From NCBI GenBank assembly GCA_051382295.1, contig JBBCAW010000059.1, positions 1 through 27,662 of the forward strand: DNA of 27,662 bases, read 5' to 3'. The notes under the pieces are model-generated. The model did not search any database. It was not told the origin of the DNA and saw only the letters and a list, made by a program, of their open reading frames with translations. The position numbers and the translations under genes were made by a program. The DNA is from Bdellovibrionota bacterium FG-1. GTDB lineage: Bacteria > Bdellovibrionota > UBA1018. Position 1 is the stretch's first letter. Each line of letters starts with the position of its first letter. Shown one piece after another: positions 8,142 to 17,745 of the stretch.

Positions 8142-9491
8142 ATGCATGCCAAAAAAGTGAATCTGAAGACCGAAGTCCCGGGCCCTAAGAGTCGTGCTCT
8201 CATTGAGCGCGAACAAAAACACGTCGCGCCCGGTCTTCAACGTTTTGCCCAAATGGCTGGAATTGTTACGGACTTTGGAAAGGGCAGCACGCTCACCGAC
8301 GTCGACGGCAACACCTTTATCGATATCATTGGGGGCATTGGCGTGAACGGCTTAGGCCATAGCCACCCGAAGTATGTCAAAGCCCTGCAAGAGCAAGTCG
8401 CCAAAGCCTCGGTGGGGAGCTTTACGAACGAACCTCGCGTCGAGCTTTTTGAGCGAATCGCGTCCCACCGCCCAGCTCCCGACGTGCACCGCACCCAGCT
8501 TTATTCGGGCGGCGCTGAAGCCGTCGAATCCGCCCTTCGACTCGCCAAATGCCACACCGGCAAAAATGAATTTGTGAGCTTTTCGGGCGGCTTTCACGGC
8601 AAGACGATGGGCGTTCTTTCGCTCATGGGTTCGGATTTCAAAAACGGTTTAGGGCCCATGGTTCCAGGCTGTCACGTCGCGACCTATGCGGATTGTTTTC
8701 GCTGTCCTCTCAAGCTCAAACGTGAAAGCTGCGGCATGGCCTGCGTGGAAGCCTCCCGAAAATCGATCAAGATGAACACGACCGGCAGAGTGGCCGCTGT
8801 CATTGTTGAGCCCATGCAAGGTTCAGCCGGCAATGTGATTCCGCCCAATGACTTTTTGCCCGCAGTCCGGCAGATTGCCGACGAGCTGGGGGCACTTCTG
8901 ATCTGTGATGAAATGATCACGGGTTTTGGACGCACGGGAAAATATTGGGGCGTTGAACACTCTGGAGTGAGACCTGACATCGTCACCATCGGCAAACAAT
9001 TTGGGGGCGGGATCCCCATGAGTGGCCTGGTGACCACGGACACGATTTCGAGTGCCAAACCTTGGGGCAATCCATCAGGATCTTCCTCGAGCTACGGCGG
9101 CAATCCCTTGGTTTCGGCGGCGGCGGCGGCGGCGCTTCGGATTATTGATGAAGAAGCCTTGGTTGAAAATTCGCGAAAAATGGGTGAATATTTTTTAAAG
9201 AAGCTCAGCCCTTTTGTCGAACGCTATCCTTTTGTCGGCGAAGTTCGCGGACAGGGTTTGTTCTTGGCCGTCGAAATGGTCAAAAACCAAGGCACGCGCG
9301 AGGCCCTTCCGAAAGAAGTCATGCACCGGGTGTTTATGGAATTTGTGAAGCGCGGTCTTTTGACAATGGCCTACGACGCGCGATTCAGAATGCAGCCGTC
9401 GATGACGATTGACGAAGCGACGATTGATGAATCCGTGGCGATCATGGCTGAAGTTTTTGATGATATGAAGAATGCAGGTTGGTGGAAATAA
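8142..9491 (+). CDS. Class III PLP-dependent aminotransferase (GabT/ArgD-like)
   Basis: SGGAEAVE, FHGKT, VIVEPMQG, DEMITGFGRTG and PDIVTIGK (PLP lysine) motifs; start could be 8085 or 8142. Confidence 0.93.
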   Translation: MHAKKVNLKTEVPGPKSRALIEREQKHVAPGLQRFAQMAGIVTDFGKGSTLTDVDGNTFIDIIGGIGVNGLGHSHPKYVKALQEQVAKASVGSFTNEPRVELFERIASHRPAPDVHRTQLYSGGAEAVESALRLAKCHTGKNEFVSFSGGFHGKTMGVLSLMGSDFKNGLGPMVPGCHVATYADCFRCPLKLKRESCGMACVEASRKSIKMNTTGRVAAVIVEPMQGSAGNVIPPNDFLPAVRQIADELGALLICDEMITGFGRTGKYWGVEHSGVRPDIVTIGKQFGGGIPMSGLVTTDTISSAKPWGNPSGSSSSYGGNPLVSAAAAAALRIIDEEALVENSRKMGEYFLKKLSPFVERYPFVGEVRGQGLFLAVEMVKNQGTREALPKEVMHRVFMEFVKRGLLTMAYDARFRMQPSMTIDEATIDESVAIMAEVFDDMKNAGWWK

Positions 9492-9495
9492 GCGG

Positions 9496-9867
9496 TTAAC
9501 GCTTAATCCCCAGCCCATTATCTGGCTTCACTTCGCGCCCGGGGACCTCGACGCCATGTTCGAACCATTTTTCTGAAATCTTGAGTCCCTGCTCGTCCCA
9601 CTCCGTCCATTTGCCCGATTTAGCGCCTGCGGTGTATTCGCCCTCAAGCATCCGAGCGCCCCCCGGAAACCATTCTTTGAAACGTCCGTGATTAACAAAA
9701 ACTCCAGCCGCATCTCGAACCTGCTCGCATTCCTTATTGCCTTTTCGGGGTTTGCCATCCTCGTGGGCGGGTTGGCCCCCCTGAGTGCAGGGATGGATCA
9801 CCACGGTCGTGCACCCCAATAAAACCAACCCTGTTAACAGCAATAGTCTCGCCAAAAGCTTGTTCAC
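9496..9867 (-). CDS. Lipoprotein with MORN-variant (YwqK-like) repeats
   Basis: Lipobox LLGC; HGRFKEWFPGG...EGEYxxGxKxGKWTEW repeats. Confidence 0.8.
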   Translation of the reverse strand: MNKLLARLLLLTGLVLLGCTTVVIHPCTQGGQPAHEDGKPRKGNKECEQVRDAAGVFVNHGRFKEWFPGGARMLEGEYTAGAKSGKWTEWDEQGLKISEKWFEHGVEVPGREVKPDNGLGIKR

Positions 9868-9950
9868 ACCCCGATCATATCCTAAGGATCACAAATCTTG
9901 CTTCAATAAAACTTTCTCTGGTAGAACCTTTTATAGAGGACGCAATACCC

Positions 9951-11123
9951 GTGAACGAGCAACTCTTACTCTCCATCCTGTCCACGCCCTCCGCCCCGTT
10001 TCGAGAAGGTCGGGTCATCTCAGAAATCCGCGCGGCGCTGGATCAAGCCAAGGTCCCCTACTTTTCGGATCCCATTGGAAACCTCGTCCTAGGTGTCCGT
10101 TCTCAAAAAGAATACCTGGCCCTCATTCGTAAAAAAGATTCTGAACCCATCCGTGTCTTTATTGCTCATATGGACCACCCTGGGTTTCATGGCGCACACT
10201 GGAAATCGCCCACCCAACTCGAAATCAAATGGCATGGAGGATCCCCCACCCAACACCTAGAACAAGCGAAAGTCTGGCTTGCGGATGCGGGCGGCTATAT
10301 CGGCCACGCAAAAATCCTCAGTGCGCAACTGACCACCACGGGACGCGCCATTGAATCCGGCGTTCTCGAGGTTTCACCCCAACTCCAGACACACTACCCA
10401 GACCCCACTCAAATCTACGGGGGATTTGGTTTTAGGGACCCAGTGTGGAAAGAAGGAGAGCTTCTTTATACGAAGGCAGCGGATGATCTGGTGGGATCCT
10501 TTGCGATTGTTGCGATGGCAATCGAGCTCTTTTCAAAACGCGGCCCAAAGAAAGCCCCGCCCTTTATCGGCTTACTCACGCGCGCTGAAGAAGTCGGTTT
10601 TATCGGAGCTATTGGCCATTTTGGACTCGGTTGGCTCAAACAGGCGAAACGAAAAGTTCTTTGTATCAGTCTCGAAACCTCGCGCACGCTTCCAGGCGCC
10701 GAAATCGGAAAAGGCCCGGTGGTCCGCCTCGGAGATCGCACCTCGGTTTTTGACGCTGCCGCGCTGCACGTATTGAGTGGACTTGCCTGCAAGATTTTAC
10801 CCGAAAAACACCAGCGTCGAATCATGGATGGGGGCAGCTGCGAAGCAACGGCCGCGACGGCTTATGGGTTTTCCTGCGTGGGAATTTCCGTTCCGCTGGG
10901 CAACTACCACAATCAATCTTTTGAGGGCGGGCCTGATTCAGCCGGTCCAATGGGGCCGGCACCCGAGTTTGTCCATTTACAGGACGTCGCGGGACTCCTT
11001 GAACTGTGTCGAGGACTTTTGAAGCCCAAACTTCCCTGGAATGAACCTTGGAAGCCACTGTTGAAAGAGTTTAAACGAAAATTTCGGGACTATCGGCCAC
11101 TGCTACGCTCGGGGCTTTTATGA
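9951..11123 (+). CDS. Zn-dependent exopeptidase, M28/M42 (clan MH) type
   Basis: DxxGN, AHMDH, ADD, AEEVG and late His motifs. Confidence 0.85.
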   Translation: MNEQLLLSILSTPSAPFREGRVISEIRAALDQAKVPYFSDPIGNLVLGVRSQKEYLALIRKKDSEPIRVFIAHMDHPGFHGAHWKSPTQLEIKWHGGSPTQHLEQAKVWLADAGGYIGHAKILSAQLTTTGRAIESGVLEVSPQLQTHYPDPTQIYGGFGFRDPVWKEGELLYTKAADDLVGSFAIVAMAIELFSKRGPKKAPPFIGLLTRAEEVGFIGAIGHFGLGWLKQAKRKVLCISLETSRTLPGAEIGKGPVVRLGDRTSVFDAAALHVLSGLACKILPEKHQRRIMDGGSCEATAATAYGFSCVGISVPLGNYHNQSFEGGPDSAGPMGPAPEFVHLQDVAGLLELCRGLLKPKLPWNEPWKPLLKEFKRKFRDYRPLLRSGLL

Positions 11124-11950
11124 AGACTCTTTTAATAAATCCACTTTCGAAAATAACCAAAGTCGTGACCGCAGTAGCCCAGGAAATTAAAACCAAACAA
11201 CTGATGCTGGTGGCCTCCAGCCTCGCCTATACGACGATTTTGTCTCTGATCCCGCTTTTAGCGGTGAGTTTTGCCATTTTTCAGGCCTTTGGTGGCCTCG
11301 ATAAACTTTACGCGACGATTGAACCGTTCATTCTTTCCAACTTAGCAGAAGGATTAAGTGATGAAGTCACCGAGAAAATTCATGGCTTCATTAAAAATGC
11401 GCATGCCAGCGCGGTAGGACTCGGTGGTTTTGTCGGCCTCGTGTTCACCAGCATGAGCATGTTATCGAGCATCGAAAAAGCGATTAACAATATTTGGGCA
11501 ACACCTCTCACTCGAACTTTTTTCCAGCGGATTGCGGCGTATTGGTTTTTTATCACGCTGGGCCCATTGGCCCTTGCGGTAGGGGTAGGTGCGGCGACCT
11601 CAAGCGAAATCCCAGTCATGCACCTCTTGCCAAGCGGCGCAGGGTTGTTTTTGCTGACAGGGACAGGCTTGACTGCGATTTATCAATGGGTTCCACATTG
11701 CAAGGTTCAGCTCAAAAATTCACTCATTGCGGGCTTTGGTGCGGCAATTCTTTTTCATTTTGCGCAATCCGGATTTCGCATTTATACCGCAAGAGTACTC
11801 TCTTACAGCAAAATCTACGGCAGCCTCGGCGCGGTTCCTATTTTACTGCTCTGGATTTACATCCTGTGGATTATTGTGTTGAGCGGAGCGGCGTTTTCAG
11901 CGGCGTTGCAAAACCGGAGGACGGTTGTGCCAGATTCAAGGAACGCATAG
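11120..11950 (+). CDS. YihY/virulence factor BrkB family membrane protein
   Basis: ASSLAYTTILSLIP, IEKAINNIW and YSKIYGSLGAVPILLLWIY motifs; ATGA overlap with the peptidase gene. Confidence 0.93.
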   Translation: MKTLLINPLSKITKVVTAVAQEIKTKQLMLVASSLAYTTILSLIPLLAVSFAIFQAFGGLDKLYATIEPFILSNLAEGLSDEVTEKIHGFIKNAHASAVGLGGFVGLVFTSMSMLSSIEKAINNIWATPLTRTFFQRIAAYWFFITLGPLALAVGVGAATSSEIPVMHLLPSGAGLFLLTGTGLTAIYQWVPHCKVQLKNSLIAGFGAAILFHFAQSGFRIYTARVLSYSKIYGSLGAVPILLLWIYILWIIVLSGAAFSAALQNRRTVVPDSRNA

Positions 11951-11951
11951 A

Positions 11952-13442
11952 TCAATGCGCCCAACCTATCCACGTAAAGTCCGTCGGAGGAGGAACCAAG
12001 TTGAGCAATGACAGATCAAGATCATCCCGAACCCACATACCTAAGGAAAAATGAGTCAACGGCCAAATCACTGCCTGGTCCCAAATCATTTTATTAATAC
12101 GCGGCGGATCTAAAACCTCTTTAGAAAGCTCCTTTTTGATTTGCCCATCTACATCTGGCAAACGAATGCCCTCGCCCGACAAAAACATAAATCGAATATC
12201 ACCATCGGGATCATCGGCAAGAATAGCGGTGTACAATAGATACAGGTCAGCTTCATATTTTGGCAAACCCATTGCATACTCTTTACGCAGGGTTCCGATC
12301 GAAACTTCGACTGCCTGTGCCTGCAGGCCCAATTCTTTGGCTGCAACATCAACCGCCCTATTGTAAACTCGAGCCACCTCAGCCTCGCGATGAGAGACTG
12401 CGTATTGAATGGGCCTAGAATGAATTTTCCGCACATCTTTATCTTGCGGGTTTTGATCGTTTTCATAAATTCCCCGCATGATCGTCGGGAAAAACGACAA
12501 CGTGAGAGTAGCACCCTCTTGCTTCATTGTGCGATAAAATGCATCACGAAGCCTGCGCCGATTATCAATCAAAAAGCATGGGCTATCCTTTAGAGCCCAT
12601 GATCGGCACATAATATAGCAAATTCCGGAATGGGGGCCGCCAGCAAAAACCATTTTTTTTCCGGTTGAAACCGGAGGCGTTTCAATCGAGGCACGAGAGA
12701 TCAGATCCGCCTGGTCTCTCAATTTTGGATCATGAACTAGCTCAATCGCTTGAATCGGACGAGGATGCCTTAATGCGGGTAAAAAATCAGACCGAAGCTC
12801 AAGCCTAAGATGCTGCTCCGTCCATTCCGCCACTCGGTAATGCCCAGAAGCGATCACCCGCTTCGGATTCTTCCACTTACCGGTCAATGCGTCGTAATCA
12901 TCAGGATGCACAATAGAATAAAGCCCAAAACTAATCGTGTCCAAAAGCTTCGGTGTGGATTTCGTAAGACTGATCACCACCTCATGCTGCGAATTGAGCT
13001 GAATTCCCGGAAATTGAGATTGAGGGTTTTTCAACAAATCAAGCCCGGTCAGATGTTCAACGAAACCACCTTGCGAGTTTCGTTGCTTAAGAATAAACGC
13101 GATTCTCTTAAGAGACTTAACCACAACATCAGGCGTGATTTCGTCACCATTTTCAAACCGAACTCCCTTACGAATACGAAAAGTCCAAGTTTTTTTATCT
13201 TCTGCGACTGACCAAGAATCGGAAATAAAGCCGACTGAATCACCCACTCGGTATTGTGAAACCAAAGAAGCCAGGACTGAGCGAAATGCGATATGGTGAA
13301 CAAACGCATCGTAATCAACAGGATCCGCCGAAGAGGGCGTAGTCTGATCCCAAAATACTAGCGTCTGCGTTGAGGAGGACTTGTTGCATGCTGATATCAT
13401 AGGCAAAACCAAAAACACCAGCAAAACTAGCTTCTTAAGCAT
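11952..13442 (-). CDS. Family 5 (peptide/nickel type) solute-binding lipoprotein without adjacent ABC permeases
   Basis: Lipobox ISAC; SWSVAEDKKTWTFRIRKGVRFENGDEITPDVV family-5 signature. Confidence 0.88.
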   Translation of the reverse strand: MLKKLVLLVFLVLPMISACNKSSSTQTLVFWDQTTPSSADPVDYDAFVHHIAFRSVLASLVSQYRVGDSVGFISDSWSVAEDKKTWTFRIRKGVRFENGDEITPDVVVKSLKRIAFILKQRNSQGGFVEHLTGLDLLKNPQSQFPGIQLNSQHEVVISLTKSTPKLLDTISFGLYSIVHPDDYDALTGKWKNPKRVIASGHYRVAEWTEQHLRLELRSDFLPALRHPRPIQAIELVHDPKLRDQADLISRASIETPPVSTGKKMVFAGGPHSGICYIMCRSWALKDSPCFLIDNRRRLRDAFYRTMKQEGATLTLSFFPTIMRGIYENDQNPQDKDVRKIHSRPIQYAVSHREAEVARVYNRAVDVAAKELGLQAQAVEVSIGTLRKEYAMGLPKYEADLYLLYTAILADDPDGDIRFMFLSGEGIRLPDVDGQIKKELSKEVLDPPRINKMIWDQAVIWPLTHFSLGMWVRDDLDLSLLNLVPPPTDFTWIGWAH

Positions 13443-13539
13443 TGAATCGTCCCCTTATATTATTCAAATTAACACATACCATACAGATACAGTCAAATAT
13501 TTATTTTATTTCGATATCACTTAGGTTATACCGCAGCCG

Positions 13540-15879
13540 ATGCAATTCACTAAGAAGCTAAGTTTGTTTGGACAAATAATTCCTGCGGTTGCCACAGGTT
13601 TATGCATTCTGAGTTGCGCGTTCTTTCTTCGGTTTTATCTCCACCAAAACGCACGTCAGTTCGCAGATGACTTTGCCCGGCAAAACTTCGATGCACTAGC
13701 CTCCAGTGATACCTTGCAACTGGCGACCCGATTGAATTCGATATCTAGCTCAGCACACGCAGTCTGTGTATCCGGAAGCCGAGGCACGCAAGAATTTTTT
13801 CGCCGCCAACAGTCTAGCAGTTGCGCAGATAGCTTCTTTCGCACAAATATCGAAATTCAGGGTCAAACCAATGATGAGGTAAAACTCCGATTCACGATTG
13901 CTTTACCTGAGCCGTTAAGGTGGGCCGGTTTGTCCCTAGCATTGCTTCAAATTTTGCTCTTATGGAGCATCTTCTTGAGCGCTCGCCAAGCCGCTCGACA
14001 AATTGAACAAACCAAACAGTTAGGCCAAGAGAAACTGACCTCAATGGCGACTCAAGTTGCCCACGATATTCGTTCACCACTCGCCGCCCTTGCCGCAGCT
14101 GAGAAAGATCTTAGTCAGTTACCCGAGGATACGCGAATCACGATCCGAAGCTCAATTCGGCACATTCAAGATATCGCCAATGATTTGCTAGCGAAAAATC
14201 GAGCTGTTAGCAAAGGAACCGACTCACAAACCACCCAACTCTTATCCAGCCTTATCGATGAAATGATCACCGAAAAACGCATGCAGTTCCGCGCTAAAAT
14301 CGGCATCGATATTAACGGGGGCCTCAATGGCTCATCGTATGGTCTATTTTCCAAGATCCAAACGACTGAATTCAAACGAGTGATCTCCAATCTCATCAAC
14401 AACGCGGTCGAAGTTCTGGGCGACCAGGGTAAAATCACGATTACGCTCAAGGACACCTCGGAAGGCCAAATTCAAATTCGGGTGCAGGACAACGGAAAGG
14501 GTATTCCGCCCGATATTTTAGCCAAACTTGGGCAACGGGGCGAAACCCACGGTAAAACCGAGGGTTCTGGACTTGGGTTATATCACGCCCGCACTTCAGT
14601 AGAATCCTGGGGCGGCAGGCTTGAAATTGAGTCCCAGTTAGGGCGCGGCACCTCCGTCGTGATCACACTTCCGCAAGCCGATGCGCCGTCATGGTTTGTA
14701 GCGGAGCTCAGGCTTCAACCCCGTTCAAACGTGGTGGTTCTGGACGATGATGAAAGCATCCATCGTATTTGGAAAGGCCGTGCGGAGTCGGCGAGGCTCA
14801 GTGATTCCGGGGTCCAGTTAGTGCACCTTTCCACCCCTACCGATATACGAAATTGGATCAATAAAAACGCAACGCAAACTGGCCCAGTCCAGTATCTATT
14901 CGACTATGAACTTCTTGGCTTCAAGGAATCGGGTTTGGATCTCATCGAAGAACTGGGGCTCGCCGGTCACAGTATTTTAGTCACCAGTCGCTACGAAGAA
15001 CCCGCCATTCGCGAGCGATGCGAAAGACTTAAGGTCCAATTCATTCCTAAAGGCATGGCGGGCTTTGTCCCGATCCGCGTAGTTGACCCCGCACCTGACG
15101 CCATCCTGATTGACGATGACAACCTTGTTCACCTTACATGGAAGGCATCAGCGAGGCGCGCTAAAATGACATTTCTAGGCTTTACATCAGCCGAGGCCTT
15201 TTTCAAAATGGCGCAAGATCTCGCCCCCTCGACCCCCGTCTACATTGACTCGTTCCTCGGAAAGGACAGCCAAGGCCAAGAGGTTCGAGGTGAGGAGATC
15301 TCCAAGAAAATATCCGCGCTTGGATTCAAAACCATTTACCTCGCCACAGGACTTACGCCGGAAAACGACAAAACCTTCCCCTGGTTAACGGGGATTCGCG
15401 GAAAAGAGGCCCCTTTTAATGAGCCTGGATTTTCGCGAAAAACCACAGCAGTGGCAAAACTCGACGAAGCGGATTATGCGCGAATCCGAAACTACTTTCA
15501 TGACCTTTTGAAGCCAATCCAACAAACGAGCAATCTACTTCGGGGGATTACAAACGCTGATGCGATGGAGCTCGAAGAATTTCTGACCGCGCTCAAGAAA
15601 ATACCCCAGAAACTTGAGGCCACCCGTGGCAATCGAGACAAAATACGTGGCGAGATGTCCCCCTCGGAGCTTCAACTCATCCATGATTTAGACCAAGTCG
15701 CTTTGGAAGGGTTTGAGTGGATTGCACAAAATGTCAGCCGGAATTTTCTGCCGGAAGAAGAAGGCCAGACTTTTCAAAATTCGAATGAGCTCAAGAGCAT
15801 GGTGTCCACGATCCAAGCGCTTTCCACGCGCTTGAGTAACGGCACTTCGGCACTGTTAAATCAGCGCAACCGAGGATGA
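13540..15879 (+). CDS. Hybrid sensor histidine kinase (2 TM, HisKA, HATPase, two receiver-like domains, helical tail)
   Basis: VAHDIRSPL H-box, NLINNA, DNGKG and GSGLGL boxes; receiver motifs LDDD...FDY...K and IDDD...IDS...K. Confidence 0.93.
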   Translation: MQFTKKLSLFGQIIPAVATGLCILSCAFFLRFYLHQNARQFADDFARQNFDALASSDTLQLATRLNSISSSAHAVCVSGSRGTQEFFRRQQSSSCADSFFRTNIEIQGQTNDEVKLRFTIALPEPLRWAGLSLALLQILLLWSIFLSARQAARQIEQTKQLGQEKLTSMATQVAHDIRSPLAALAAAEKDLSQLPEDTRITIRSSIRHIQDIANDLLAKNRAVSKGTDSQTTQLLSSLIDEMITEKRMQFRAKIGIDINGGLNGSSYGLFSKIQTTEFKRVISNLINNAVEVLGDQGKITITLKDTSEGQIQIRVQDNGKGIPPDILAKLGQRGETHGKTEGSGLGLYHARTSVESWGGRLEIESQLGRGTSVVITLPQADAPSWFVAELRLQPRSNVVVLDDDESIHRIWKGRAESARLSDSGVQLVHLSTPTDIRNWINKNATQTGPVQYLFDYELLGFKESGLDLIEELGLAGHSILVTSRYEEPAIRERCERLKVQFIPKGMAGFVPIRVVDPAPDAILIDDDNLVHLTWKASARRAKMTFLGFTSAEAFFKMAQDLAPSTPVYIDSFLGKDSQGQEVRGEEISKKISALGFKTIYLATGLTPENDKTFPWLTGIRGKEAPFNEPGFSRKTTAVAKLDEADYARIRNYFHDLLKPIQQTSNLLRGITNADAMELEEFLTALKKIPQKLEATRGNRDKIRGEMSPSELQLIHDLDQVALEGFEWIAQNVSRNFLPEEEGQTFQNSNELKSMVSTIQALSTRLSNGTSALLNQRNRG

Positions 15880-15973
15880 CTCAAAACAGAATCCACAAGG
15901 GAAGTTGCGGTTATCCAACGGATTTTCACCTAAGCCCCAGGCATATTTACTCCAAAGTTTTAAATATGCATAG

Positions 15974-16002
15974 TTGACTTAAATGGCTCCTTTCGCTACA
16001 TT
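15974..16002 (+). promoter_or_regulatory. Putative sigma70 promoter of the cytochrome gene
   Basis: TTGACT-N17-TACATT. Confidence 0.65.
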
Positions 16003-16027
16003 TAACTCTCTATGCAGAGGTGTAGTC

Positions 16028-17593
16028 GTGAATTTCTTCAATAAAAAACACTCAGGCCAAGCCAAAATCGCCCTGTCCATCGGCCTCCTTGTCTTAATCT
16101 TTGGCACTTCGGGCGATTCGCACAATCGGCATCCCGCCTCTGTACTGTCTAAAAATTCGACAGAATACAACGCCGTCTACACCGCCCTCCTTGTGGGGGC
16201 CGCTACTTATCCTCGCGCCAATTCCCCTTGCCTCAAGTGTCATGCCGATCACCAACGACAACCCGTGGCCCACTATCCAGCCGCAGCGGGCCTTTGCGAA
16301 GTCTGTCATGACGCTAAACCCGAGCATTTTGCCGATCCCAAAGCAAACAAGGTCGGAAATAAATCCGTCGCCAACACCTGTCTATCCTGCCATGGAAAGA
16401 TGCAAGAACACTCGGTCATCCATCCAGCCCTTCGTCAGGATCCAGAGGCGTGCATCACCTGCCACAATCCTCATGGCTCGGAACACCCCCATTCCCTTCG
16501 ACAGAATGTCCAAGACACCTGTCTGATGTGTCACGACATGATGCCCGACAAGAGCAAATCCATCCACGGTGTACTCAAAGATCAAGAGAGTTGCCTGAAC
16601 TGCCACGTAGCCCACTCGAGTGAAAACAAAAAACTCCTCATTGTAAATCCCTCTCCAGCGTTTTGTCTTTCCTGTCACAATCAGGAAATAGATACCCAGT
16701 TCAGCTTGAACCCTAGAAAATTAGTGAACGTCGAACAACAAGTGAAGACGATGCCGTTTGTCCATAAACCCACGCTTGATACGGACGATGAGAAAAGAGG
16801 GTGCCTGGAGTGCCACGAGGCCCATAGTTCCAAACAGGAATTCCTGTTGCGCCAGAATCCCGCAAACCTGTGCCGAACCTGCCACACAGCAGTGAAGGAC
16901 CCAGCTCAACTCGTTCACGGGGCGATGACGGACACTCGAAGTTGCGCCAACTGCCATAATCCCCATGGCTCAACCCAACGCCGACTTTTACAGTATGAAT
17001 CACGACAGCTCTGCTTTTCGTGTCATGATCGCGAAATCCCCTTGGCGAATCGAACCATTCCGAACATCAAAGAAAACCTTTGGCCCGAAAATTATGCGCA
17101 TACCCAAGTGGGATGTACGAACTGCCATCAAAGTCCTCACGAAGTGGAGACCAAGAAAGCCTGCACCTCCTGCCATCAAGCCGAAGCCCAGAGCGCCTTA
17201 GGCAGCAAACACCAATGTCTTCAATGTCACAATCCTCATCGCAAGGTCCCCGAAAAGCTGGATCCGCGATGGAAGAGCCCTTGGTGGTCCAAATGTGCCA
17301 GCTGCCATACCAGCATTGCCAAAACTACGCAGGAACGCGGTCCGGTTCATAGCAACTGCAATAATTGCCATCAGCCCCATCGCTTTTCCGTTCCAAAGTG
17401 TATGACCTGTCACACAGGCATGGACGAAAAGGGAGCGCACGGCGTGCCCGAGCATTTAAACAACTGCAAGGCCTGCCATAACCCACACACAGTCGCCTCT
17501 CCAACCCGAGCAAATTGTGTCGGTTGTCACGTCAATAAACGTAACCATCAACCCCAAGCCTTCCGTTGCCAAGCTTGCCATCCGTTTCAGTAG
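16028..17593 (+). CDS. Multiheme cytochrome c with 20 CxxCH motifs (cytochrome c3/paired-CXXCH type)
   Basis: 20 CxxCH motifs counted in the translation, with repeated CxxCHxxH(G/S)S units; GTG 16028 has a GAGGT RBS and is followed by a hydrophobic leader. Confidence 0.93.
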   Translation: MNFFNKKHSGQAKIALSIGLLVLIFGTSGDSHNRHPASVLSKNSTEYNAVYTALLVGAATYPRANSPCLKCHADHQRQPVAHYPAAAGLCEVCHDAKPEHFADPKANKVGNKSVANTCLSCHGKMQEHSVIHPALRQDPEACITCHNPHGSEHPHSLRQNVQDTCLMCHDMMPDKSKSIHGVLKDQESCLNCHVAHSSENKKLLIVNPSPAFCLSCHNQEIDTQFSLNPRKLVNVEQQVKTMPFVHKPTLDTDDEKRGCLECHEAHSSKQEFLLRQNPANLCRTCHTAVKDPAQLVHGAMTDTRSCANCHNPHGSTQRRLLQYESRQLCFSCHDREIPLANRTIPNIKENLWPENYAHTQVGCTNCHQSPHEVETKKACTSCHQAEAQSALGSKHQCLQCHNPHRKVPEKLDPRWKSPWWSKCASCHTSIAKTTQERGPVHSNCNNCHQPHRFSVPKCMTCHTGMDEKGAHGVPEHLNNCKACHNPHTVASPTRANCVGCHVNKRNHQPQAFRCQACHPFQ

Positions 17594-17745
17594 GGCAATA
17601 ACACGGACTCACTTTAGGGTGAAAATACGGATCTTTCCGTACTTTTCCAAAAAAAATGAAATAAAAAGCTAATATTCGACCCTACTTCCTCCGAAAAGTA
17701 GTATATTTCATAGGAGTAATATACGGAGCTATGTAGGAGAATAAG

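Noticed and set aside
9115..9134. GCG trinucleotide run
   Set aside because: It simply encodes a poly-Ala helix in the aminotransferase.
15983..16027. ATG 15983 as the cytochrome start
   Set aside because: It lies inside the spacer of the predicted sigma70 promoter, while GTG 16028 has an RBS.
16220..17580. Recurring TGYCAY-type DNA repeats as a possible array
   Set aside because: They are explained by CxxCH codons; spacing is irregular and no CRISPR-like repeat-spacer array was seen anywhere in the window.
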